Source of the DNA: an uncultured archaeon
Lineage (GTDB): Archaea; Asgardarchaeota; Thorarchaeia; Thorarchaeales; Thorarchaeaceae
DNA: 32,000 nucleotides
Direction of reading: 5' to 3'
Assembly: GCA_964354495.1 (NCBI GenBank)
Contig: CAYHAA010000006.1
Location: 120,817 to 152,816, forward strand
Shown here: one piece after another, positions 25,210 through 32,000 of the stretch
Numbering within the stretch: the first letter of the stretch is position 1
How the letters are laid out: each line of letters begins with the position of its first letter
Translations under genes and position numbers: made by a program
Notes under the pieces: generated by a model
The model's input: the letters and a program-made list of their open reading frames with translations, nothing else
Told to the model about the DNA's origin: nothing
Databases searched by the model: none

Positions 25210-25895
25210 GGCTTCTCTCCCCCTTTGAGAATCTCGACTCCTGGGCTCACAAACTCAGGTTGTCTTCTCTTTATACTTCTCTCAATGAGATGAGCCGGCA
25301 GTTCGTGAATCGCGCTCTCTACCAATTCCTTCTCAATCCCTAACAACAATCCGATATGCACCATTGCTACTGGTGAACGCAGTTCCATTGGATGTGCAGC
25401 ACCACTTGACAGGACTACTCCCATTCCTGCATCCACTGCTGTGGCTACAGTTTCACGATACGTCTTCAGAATCTTGGATCTCTGTAGCCCTGAGGAGTGC
25501 AGAAGTGGCGCAACCTGAATCTCAAGAGCTATTGCAGAACTTGAGGCAAGAGATGCAGTCGTCTCACGAAGCTTATGTTCCTTTGATGGATCAAACATGA
25601 GCAAGTCGACTTTCTGGTCTTCTACTGCCCAATTAGTGGTGTCGATTGACCCCAGCTGGGTTGCAACGATAATTGCACTCTTCCTGACCCTTTGAATCTG
25701 GTTTCTCAATGAGTTGATCCCTTTTCCTGTGAGATTGACTCTCCGATAGACCGTGATCCCTTCTGGAATCTCTGTCACAGGCTGGTCCATGACCCCTGAA
25801 ATTGCAATTCCAGTGAACCCGATCTGATGTGCCAATCTTCCAAACGAACCAATATCCTTCATGTCTGGAATATTGACACCAATATCGACAGCCAT
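25206..25895 (-). CDS. rnp3: Ribonuclease P protein component 3 (Rpp30)
   Basis: PHP-like fold; AVEDQKVDLL, IALEIQVAPLL and VVLSSGAAHPMELRSP; conserved cluster context. Confidence 0.88.
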   Translation of the reverse strand: MAVDIGVNIPDMKDIGSFGRLAHQIGFTGIAISGVMDQPVTEIPEGITVYRRVNLTGKGINSLRNQIQRVRKSAIIVATQLGSIDTTNWAVEDQKVDLLMFDPSKEHKLRETTASLASSSAIALEIQVAPLLHSSGLQRSKILKTYRETVATAVDAGMGVVLSSGAAHPMELRSPVAMVHIGLLLGIEKELVESAIHELPAHLIERSIKRRQPEFVSPGVEILKGGEKP

Positions 25896-25899
25896 TAGA

Positions 25900-26358
25900 T
25901 TAACCTCCAGCAGCCCGAAGCTGATTCTCGATCATGAGCCTCAGTTCTTCCCGTTTACAGCGTGGATATTGCTTGAAGTGAAATCTTGCACTGACCACAT
26001 CAGAGCCATCAGCCAACTTCATCATACCTAGGAATGCAGCCTGCTTATCAATCCTAAGAAATAAGATGCACTTGTCATCTAGTCTGATGTCCAGCGAGCG
26101 TTCCAGTGCTCGAAGGCTGTGGCTGTCCATCTGCTCTAGCACGTAGTTCAGTACCTCTTCACAGTCTTCTTGACCCTTCAAAGTCGCCGATATGACTACA
26201 ATCGCGTCGCCTGCCTGTCCCTCGGCATTGGACATAGAAACTGACACCTTCTGTCTTAGACGCTCTGGAAAGATGAACATAATCGAGGCTGCGACCCTAT
26301 CAGAGACCTCTGTTGCCCGGGCGTAGGCACGGGCTTCAATCTTAGTTACGAACGGCAT
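25900..26358 (-). CDS. Predicted RNA-binding protein of the exosome/RNase P superoperon (COG1325-like)
   Basis: ARATEVSDRV, GQAGDAI and LFLRIDKQAA motifs; position between rpl15e and rnp3. Confidence 0.8.
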   Translation of the reverse strand: MPFVTKIEARAYARATEVSDRVAASIMFIFPERLRQKVSVSMSNAEGQAGDAIVVISATLKGQEDCEEVLNYVLEQMDSHSLRALERSLDIRLDDKCILFLRIDKQAAFLGMMKLADGSDVVSARFHFKQYPRCKREELRLMIENQLRAAGG

Positions 26359-26387
26359 AGCCGCTCCCTCAGAATCACGAACTGAAG

Positions 26388-26972
26388 CTACTTTGCTAGG
26401 TTACCCCTTGCTCCGATTGAAGGCCTGATATGTTCAGCCCCTCTGCCCTTCCTATAGAGTCCTCTACTTCTCTTGCCAGCAGCTGTTAGGCCTCTATTAT
26501 CTCGCCCCTTCTGTGTTGCACTGCAGATCCAGTTGATGTTGGGGTCATTATATATGACTGGATGACTAGGATCTACCAGAATGACCTCGTGCCAAATCCA
26601 TTTGTGGTCTTCTCCGACCCAGTATGAGTTCAGTACTCGTAGGTTCGGATACTTCTTGCCTACTCGTTCTTCAGCAATCCATTGCCTCGATTTCTGAGGC
26701 GTGTACCGTGTGATACCGGCGCTTCTCGGCTTTCGGCCGCCGTGTGGATGGGGCTTTTCACGTGGGCCACGACCAGTTTTAATTCGTACCATGACATAGC
26801 CTTGCTTGGCCTTGTAACCAAGTTCTCGTGCGCGGCCAAGTCTGGTTGGTCTCTCAAGTTTGACCATACTACTTAGCTTTCTCCAGACTAGTAGTCTACT
26901 TCTCACAATCTCAGAGCGTTCCTTTTGCTCTTCTACCCATGTATCACTCATGTGTCTGTACGCGTTTGGCAT
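26388..26972 (-). CDS. rpl15e: 50S ribosomal protein eL15
   Basis: ERPTRLGRARELGYKAKQG, KYPNLRVLNSYWVGED and RGLTAAGKRSRGL. Confidence 0.97.
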   Translation of the reverse strand: MPNAYRHMSDTWVEEQKERSEIVRSRLLVWRKLSSMVKLERPTRLGRARELGYKAKQGYVMVRIKTGRGPREKPHPHGGRKPRSAGITRYTPQKSRQWIAEERVGKKYPNLRVLNSYWVGEDHKWIWHEVILVDPSHPVIYNDPNINWICSATQKGRDNRGLTAAGKRSRGLYRKGRGAEHIRPSIGARGNLAK

Positions 26973-27005
26973 TGAATGTATCCATCCTTTGTCGTAATAG
27001 ATTCA

Positions 27006-27102
27006 CTTTGTTTGTGGTTCAGCCTCAGAGGGCCACATCCCGCGCGGACGTATCCGCCAACACAAAGGAATGGTCTGGTCACGGTATTCATACCGGACCA
27101 GA
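27006..27102 (-). promoter_or_regulatory. Structured 5' leader upstream of rpl15e, candidate ribosomal-protein leader RNA
   Basis: On the minus strand: a 12-bp bulged hairpin (27074-27102), a GCGGA-UACG-UCCGC hairpin (27044-27057) and an enclosing CUUUGU/ACAAAG stem (27062-27067 with 27006-27011). A TTTAAG TATA-like box lies just upstream (~27121-27126). Confidence 0.5.
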
Positions 27103-27165
27103 TACTCCCAAAGAGATTCGCTTAAAGATGTAACGTTCTGGATGTCTCGATGCATGATTTGGATG

Positions 27166-28077
27166 CTACTTGAGTCCATTAATGACCTTCTGAACAGTCA
27201 GCTCTCCGATTCTCACCTGTCCCTCTTCAGTGGACGATGACAGATGTGGGGATGCTACGACCTTCGGATGTTTCACTAATTGCCAGTCAGTGGGTGGTTC
27301 ATTCTCGAAGACGTCAAGTCCTGCACCTGCGATCAGGCCTGCATTCAGGGCATCTAGAAGCGCCTTTTCGTCAACCACGCCGCCTCGTGCTGTGTTGATG
27401 AGGAATGCTGTCTTCTTCATCTTCTTGAGCTCTTTCTCTGCAATCATTCCCTTAGTCTGGGGCAGCATAGGCACGTGGAGTGTGATGTAGTCCGCCTTCT
27501 CCAAAATAGTGTTCAGGTCAGATTTCTTGGCTCCAATCTCTTTACACGCCTTACTGATGTCGATGACATCATATGCAAGAACATTCATGCCAAAGGCCTT
27601 CGCTCTCTTCCCGACTTCCATTCCAATCCTGCCAAGTCCCACTATACCAATGGTCTTCTGCCAGAGCTCAGTTCCGCTGAGTTTCTTCTTATCCCAACGT
27701 CCGGCCTTCATCGAGCTGTCTGCCTGTGTGATATTTCTGGCCAGTGATAGCATCAACGAGAAGACCATCTCTGCAACCGAAACACTTGGAGCCTCCGGAG
27801 TGTTCTGAACCACCACTCCTTTTGCGTCTGCTGCCTTCTTGTCCACATTGTCAAGACCTACACCTGCCCTGACCACAAGCTTCAGCTTGTCTGCAGCATC
27901 GATCACCTCTTTGGTAATCTTGGTCGCACTTCTCACAACAACACAGTCGAATCCTTTGATTTGCTTCTCAATGGGTCCGTCCTTCTCCGCATTTCTTACA
28001 ACAACTTCGAGTCCTGCAGCCTTGATTTTGGCTACTGCAGACTCCTCAATTGGGTCAGCAATAAGTACGCGTTTCAT
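27166..28077 (-). CDS. serA: D-isomer-specific 2-hydroxyacid dehydrogenase, SerA-like (no ACT domain)
   Basis: VVRSATK, RAGVGLDNVD, GIVGLGRIG, INTARGGVVDE, LDVFENEP and PHLSSSTEE. Confidence 0.85.
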   Translation of the reverse strand: MKRVLIADPIEESAVAKIKAAGLEVVVRNAEKDGPIEKQIKGFDCVVVRSATKITKEVIDAADKLKLVVRAGVGLDNVDKKAADAKGVVVQNTPEAPSVSVAEMVFSLMLSLARNITQADSSMKAGRWDKKKLSGTELWQKTIGIVGLGRIGMEVGKRAKAFGMNVLAYDVIDISKACKEIGAKKSDLNTILEKADYITLHVPMLPQTKGMIAEKELKKMKKTAFLINTARGGVVDEKALLDALNAGLIAGAGLDVFENEPPTDWQLVKHPKVVASPHLSSSTEEGQVRIGELTVQKVINGLK

Positions 28078-28203
28078 CAGTATAACCCCTAATGGATGAT
28101 GTGTTCTGCGGTCCCTAGCTTGGTCTTAAACCTAATGACATTGACATAACACAAATTCGAGGAGAAACGACATTTTCTTAACGGCCAGAGTAAAACACAC
28201 GGT

Positions 28204-28740
28204 ATGAAACGCGAGATCACTCCAACCACTGCGCTGGTCCCATGCCCCGTTGTCCTGTTAAGCGTGTCCGGACCTGATAGACCCAATATTATCACTCTAT
28301 CATGGGCTGCGAATGTCTGTAGCAATCCTCCCACGATGGTCGTCGGGATGCGACCGGAGCGATACAGCTACACTCTCATAAAGAGTGCAGGAGAGTTTGT
28401 CCTGAACATCCCATCAACAGACCTGATAGAGGGTACGGCATTTGCTGGAACCAAATCTGGCCGTGAATATGACAAGTTTTCGGAATGCGGATTCACGCCC
28501 GAGCCCGCATCAAAGGTCGCTGCGCCGATGATCAAGGAGTGTCCAATCAATATTGAGTGCAGAATTCGGAACGTAGTCCCATTGGGTGCACATGACCTAT
28601 TCATTGTAGATGTACTATCTGTACACATAGATGAATCAGTCCTCGGCGAGAATGGACGCCTTGATGCCTCCAAGGCTAGACTGTTCACATATCTGCCATT
28701 GAATGGACAATATTGGACACTAGGAAAGAAGCTCCGTTGA
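28204..28740 (+). CDS. Flavin reductase-like FMN-binding protein (flavoredoxin/DIM6-NtaB family)
   Basis: PCPVVLLS, NIITLSW, GEFVLNIP, IKECPINIEC and LGAHDLFI. Confidence 0.9.
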   Translation: MKREITPTTALVPCPVVLLSVSGPDRPNIITLSWAANVCSNPPTMVVGMRPERYSYTLIKSAGEFVLNIPSTDLIEGTAFAGTKSGREYDKFSECGFTPEPASKVAAPMIKECPINIECRIRNVVPLGAHDLFIVDVLSVHIDESVLGENGRLDASKARLFTYLPLNGQYWTLGKKLR

Positions 28741-28772
28741 ACAATGCCTTTTCGGGTCCGCTCGAATAGGTA

Positions 28773-29990
28773 TCACTTCTGTCCCTTGGCACTGACAATC
28801 CTGATGACGTCACGGTCCTTCAGGACGTGCTTATCTGAGATTCTCATCTTTGTTCGGGCATCCACTCCATGCACAAACGACTCCATGAGGTCGGTGTGGA
28901 TAAATCCCGCGAATTCTTTTGCGGTGGTCCCTTCGGGCACAAGATAGACATCTGGCAGTACATTGTCATCGCTATCTGTGAGTGTATTTGAATCATAGAC
29001 TGGATACACCGTGATCATATGAAGATAATCGAATACTGCTTTGTTCAACAGGTTCTGAACACCGGTACCACCGAACTTCTGCAGAATGTGTTCTTTGAGC
29101 TTCTGTAACTGAGCAGTTTCTTTCTCCTTCAGGCTATCTGGTTGAAGTATCTCGAAATCATCGCTTCCGGGGATGTATTTGATTACACCCTTCTTATCGA
29201 GGTCTTTCAGAACCTTCTCCGCAAGGGCGCTGACCGGGACCACGAGATAGTCAGGGAACTCCTTCTGTAGCCGTTTCATATTCTCCTCAGCTCCTGGTCT
29301 GTCAATCTTGTTTGCCGCTATGATGATTGGCTTGGCTGCCTTCTGCAGTGATTTGACAAATTCTCGTAGTTGGTCCTCAGTCCAGCTATCAACTGTTTCC
29401 GACTTCAAATCGGATTGTCGCATTGCCTTGAGTATCTGACCCCGTGTGATGTTGAGACCAGACAGCTTCTCAAGAAGCAGCTCCTCTAGTTTCGCTCCCT
29501 CTGCTCTGACTCTTCCAGTGATTCTTCGCCAATCCTTTGTGACTATTCCACGTATCCATTCTACAAGCTCATCCTCAAGGAAGCTTACATCTTCTGCAGG
29601 GTCATGAGTACCTGCGGCAACCTCCTGTCCCTCCGAGTCTAGGGCACCACTCGCATCCACAATATGAACAAGCACGTCAGCCTGCCTGAGATCATCAAGG
29701 AACTGGTTTCCCATACCTCTTCCTTCGTGGGCACCAGGTACTAGGCCCGCAACATCAATCAGCTTGATTGGAACAAGACGTACTCCATCAATGCAGATTG
29801 AGTTCTTAGGATTGTCCTGAACACCAAAATCCCTGCACGCACAGGCCGTCCTCACATGGGTCACTCCAACATTGGCATCTATGGTGGTAAAGGGGTAGCT
29901 TCCCACCTTGAAATCGGTCATACATGCAGCATTTGTGAAAGATGTCTTGCCAGAGGACGGTTTCCCAACTATTCCGACACTGAATCCCAT
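28773..29990 (-). CDS. ychF: OBG-family P-loop NTPase YchF (archaeal type, TGS domain)
   Basis: GKPSSGKTS, YPFTTID, DVAGLVPGAHEGRGMGNQFL, ANKID and a C-terminal TGS domain; ATG 29990 preferred. Confidence 0.92.
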   Translation of the reverse strand: MGFSVGIVGKPSSGKTSFTNAACMTDFKVGSYPFTTIDANVGVTHVRTACACRDFGVQDNPKNSICIDGVRLVPIKLIDVAGLVPGAHEGRGMGNQFLDDLRQADVLVHIVDASGALDSEGQEVAAGTHDPAEDVSFLEDELVEWIRGIVTKDWRRITGRVRAEGAKLEELLLEKLSGLNITRGQILKAMRQSDLKSETVDSWTEDQLREFVKSLQKAAKPIIIAANKIDRPGAEENMKRLQKEFPDYLVVPVSALAEKVLKDLDKKGVIKYIPGSDDFEILQPDSLKEKETAQLQKLKEHILQKFGGTGVQNLLNKAVFDYLHMITVYPVYDSNTLTDSDDNVLPDVYLVPEGTTAKEFAGFIHTDLMESFVHGVDARTKMRISDKHVLKDRDVIRIVSAKGQK

Positions 29991-30366
29991 GTTCAATCTC
30001 TCCGTTGATAGAGTTTCCATTCTCATACTAAGAGATAAACACTTCACTTCTTGAGGCATCTCTTGAGAGCATAACAGACGGTATGCTCGACTAAGTCATG
30101 GTAACTCTCAACAGATAAGGTCACGATCAGGAAACTCACATCTTGATGAGGCTTAGCATACGGCCATGACCATTTGTTAAGTATGAAATCACTTGGTTCT
30201 AGCTTCCCTTTGCTTCCACTGCAAGCAATGAGATGTTCCCTGTATTACTCACAATTTAGAGCCCGTCTAGACGCCATAGAATCAGACCTACAGGACTCTG
30301 TATCATTCGAACCTCCCTTATATACAGAGAACGGGATAGGTTACTTCGGAGAGGATCACTATTCAG

Positions 30367-30780
30367 TTGGACTATTCGGCCCGGATTGATGCTATCATCG
30401 ACTATGTGATTAGAAGGCCTGCCATTCCGCGTTGGTGGGACCCAGTGTCACGACCTCATGTGGCTGTGCTGATGCCAGACCCAGTCTCTGGAGCTGAGAT
30501 CCGGTATTATCTATCCCGATGTGGTGAGAGGAGGTCCAACGGTCGGTCTGTTCTTGATGTCGTGAGTATTGATGGCCTTCCCGAGGGAACTCTGCTAGAG
30601 GTACGCTTCAATGCAACTAAGGCCAATCTCTACATGCTGGAACGCGTGGGAACCATTCCGTGCTGGCGGTGGCTTGGTCGAAGCCAAGGTCTTCCAGACT
30701 TCAATACCGATGACTCAGTCTACTGGGACCACGTATTAGACACTGGCACCTACACACCGCGTGACATGATTCTTGCCTGA
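30367..30780 (+). CDS. Hypothetical protein
   Basis: 137-aa ORF (TTG start) with protein-like composition; no family recognised. Confidence 0.6.
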   Translation: MDYSARIDAIIDYVIRRPAIPRWWDPVSRPHVAVLMPDPVSGAEIRYYLSRCGERRSNGRSVLDVVSIDGLPEGTLLEVRFNATKANLYMLERVGTIPCWRWLGRSQGLPDFNTDDSVYWDHVLDTGTYTPRDMILA

Positions 30781-30808
30781 AGCATGCTGACGATTGATTC
30801 AGATGTCC

Positions 30809-31195
30809 TCACTGAATCAGGACTAAGAGATGCTTGACATCATTGCCTGTCTTCTCATTAATGACATCTACGAGCTGCTCGAGAAGGTGTTTTATGTTCT
30901 CCCCACCAATATCAACTATTGCTCCGTTTGAGCTGACGAGGTTCACATGTGGAGTAGGGTTCAATTCAAACCGTGTCTCTCCTAGATAAGAGAAGCTACG
31001 CAGCAGTCCTAGTTCCTCGAATGTAGCGAGGTTCTTCAGTACGGTAGACTGGCTTACGGTCGCATGTCTGTTCCTGAATATCTCATAGATTTCAGAGAAT
31101 GAGGGATGGTTCCTCCCATACTCTTCAAGAATCCGTACCAGTTCAAGTCGTTGAGGCGTGAGGCGCAGTCCATTTTCTCTGAGTCGTTCTATCAC
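30809..31195 (-). CDS. Fur/PerR-family transcriptional regulator lacking CxxC motifs
   Basis: GLRLTPQR, HPSFSEIY, STVLKNLATFEELGL and RFE...H; divergent from dpsL. Confidence 0.88.
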   Translation of the reverse strand: MIERLRENGLRLTPQRLELVRILEEYGRNHPSFSEIYEIFRNRHATVSQSTVLKNLATFEELGLLRSFSYLGETRFELNPTPHVNLVSSNGAIVDIGGENIKHLLEQLVDVINEKTGNDVKHLLVLIQ

Positions 31196-31216
31196 ATCTC
31201 ATGTCCGTGCAGAAGG

Positions 31217-31231
31217 GATTATAAAATTATC
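31217..31231. promoter_or_regulatory. Imperfect AT-rich palindrome in the fur/dpsL intergenic region (operator or TATA candidate)
   Basis: GATTATAAAATTATC matches its reverse complement at 10 of 15 positions; could be only a TATA box. Confidence 0.25.
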
Positions 31232-31283
31232 GTAGTTAGATTTAAATAGAAGTTACTTTTATGTAGTACTAAGGTGAATCAAT

Positions 31284-31835
31284 TTGGCGAAAGTCGCTAG
31301 AGAAATGGTCGAGAAGGCCGGGATTGAAGTAGACAAACTACTCAACCTTCTGATTAAGAACGCTGCAGCTGAGCTGACGACATTCTACTACTACACTATT
31401 CTTCGGGTCAACTTGATCGGGCTCGAGGGTGAAGGTGTCAAAGAGATCGCAGAAACTGCGCGCATTGAAGATAGGAACCACTTCGAGGCATTGGTACCTC
31501 GCATCTACGAGCTTGGTGGCCAGCTGCCAGAAGGGATGGTGGAGTTCCATAACATGTCTGCATGTCCGCCTGCGAAGCTTCCAAAGGACCCGACAGACGT
31601 CAAGGCGATGCTGAAGGTCTTGGTGGACGCAGAGCGATGCGCAGTCAGAGGTTACACTCAAATCTGTCACATGACTGCAGGAAAGGACCACAGAACCTAT
31701 GATTTGGCACTAGCTATCCTCCACGAAGAAGTGGAACACGAGTCGTGGTTCTCTGAGTTCCTCGGTGAGGGCCCATCTGGTCACTTCCTCCGTCGGGGCG
31801 AAACTTCTCCCTTCGTTGGTAAGTTCCTTCGATAG
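31284..31835 (+). CDS. dpsL: Dps-like protein (DpsL, ferritin-like with conserved Cys pair)
   Basis: AAAELTTFYYYTILR, ARIEDRNHFE, SACP, AERCAVRGY and EEVEHESWF; TTG start with GGTGA RBS upstream. Confidence 0.92.
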   Translation: MAKVAREMVEKAGIEVDKLLNLLIKNAAAELTTFYYYTILRVNLIGLEGEGVKEIAETARIEDRNHFEALVPRIYELGGQLPEGMVEFHNMSACPPAKLPKDPTDVKAMLKVLVDAERCAVRGYTQICHMTAGKDHRTYDLALAILHEEVEHESWFSEFLGEGPSGHFLRRGETSPFVGKFLR

Positions 31836-31868
31836 AAACCGTCGAAACACACTTTCGGGAAAAGTAAT

Positions 31869-31904
31869 GAAGAGAGCCCGCAGGCTCCCTTCTTGCTTCT
31901 TTTT
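31869..31904 (+). terminator. Hairpin plus T-rich tract downstream of dpsL
   Basis: GAAGAGAGCC-CGCA-GGCTCCCTTC (9 of 10 pairs) followed by TTGCTTCTTTTT. Confidence 0.6.
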
Positions 31905-32000
31905 CAACCGTTCATTGTAATTTGTACAATCTTGGACACCAGAGCGTCGTACCCCCAGGAAACGGCACTGGGTGGACTCTGCGAGGTCAGGTACGTGTCA

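Noticed and set aside
27074-27102. Hairpin as part of a tRNA or other stand-alone ncRNA
   Set aside because: No cloverleaf, T-loop or CCA. It is better explained as a leader or terminator element.
30067-30088. 7-bp hairpin GAGCATA/TATGCTC upstream of ychF
   Set aside because: Short single stem with an 8-nt loop, compatible with chance; no supporting context.
30174-30389. 71-aa ORF upstream of the hypothetical gene
   Set aside because: No recognisable motif, and it overlaps the next ORF in another frame. It could be real but cannot be supported.
1-32000. CRISPR array, rRNA/tRNA genes, integrase or transposase
   Set aside because: No regularly spaced repeats, RNA-gene signatures or recombinase motifs were seen on manual reading; tRNAscan-SE or Infernal would be needed to exclude them formally.

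Overview
Gene-dense archaeal chromosomal segment, most likely from an Asgard archaeon of the Thorarchaeota type. This is inferred from gene content (Csl4, Rpo11, TFS, PCNA, PriS, Gins15, eL15, Rpp30/Pop5, JAMM, membrane-anchored PCI-like protein), not from a database hit. Layout: (1) 1-6.4 kb, informational cluster csl4-rpoL-RNaseIII-like-tfs-rpa3-pcna-pcna-priS-gins15; (2) 6.5-13.6 kb, heterodisulfide-reductase-like operon hdrC-hdrB-hdrA'-hdrA/mvhD plus an unusual 754-aa helical/2x winged-helix/ferredoxin protein, followed by an acyl-CoA dehydrogenase; (3) 15-23 kb, accessory region with Fpg, cupin and a PCI-like membrane protein, an mvhD locus that looks split by a ~2 kb cassette carrying an intact mvhD and a PIN-type toxin-antitoxin pair, a His-rich MFS transporter, two GNATs and an FTR1 iron permease; (4) 23-32 kb, HD protein, Lrp, JAMM, an RNase P/eL15 cluster with a structured rpl15e leader, SerA-like dehydrogenase, flavin reductase, YchF, and a divergent Fur-family/DpsL pair. 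No tRNA, rRNA, CRISPR array, integrase or transposase was seen. The best leads are the asymmetric HdrA pair with its uncharacterised partner protein, the split/replaced mvhD locus, the His-rich MFS and the rpl15e leader RNA.
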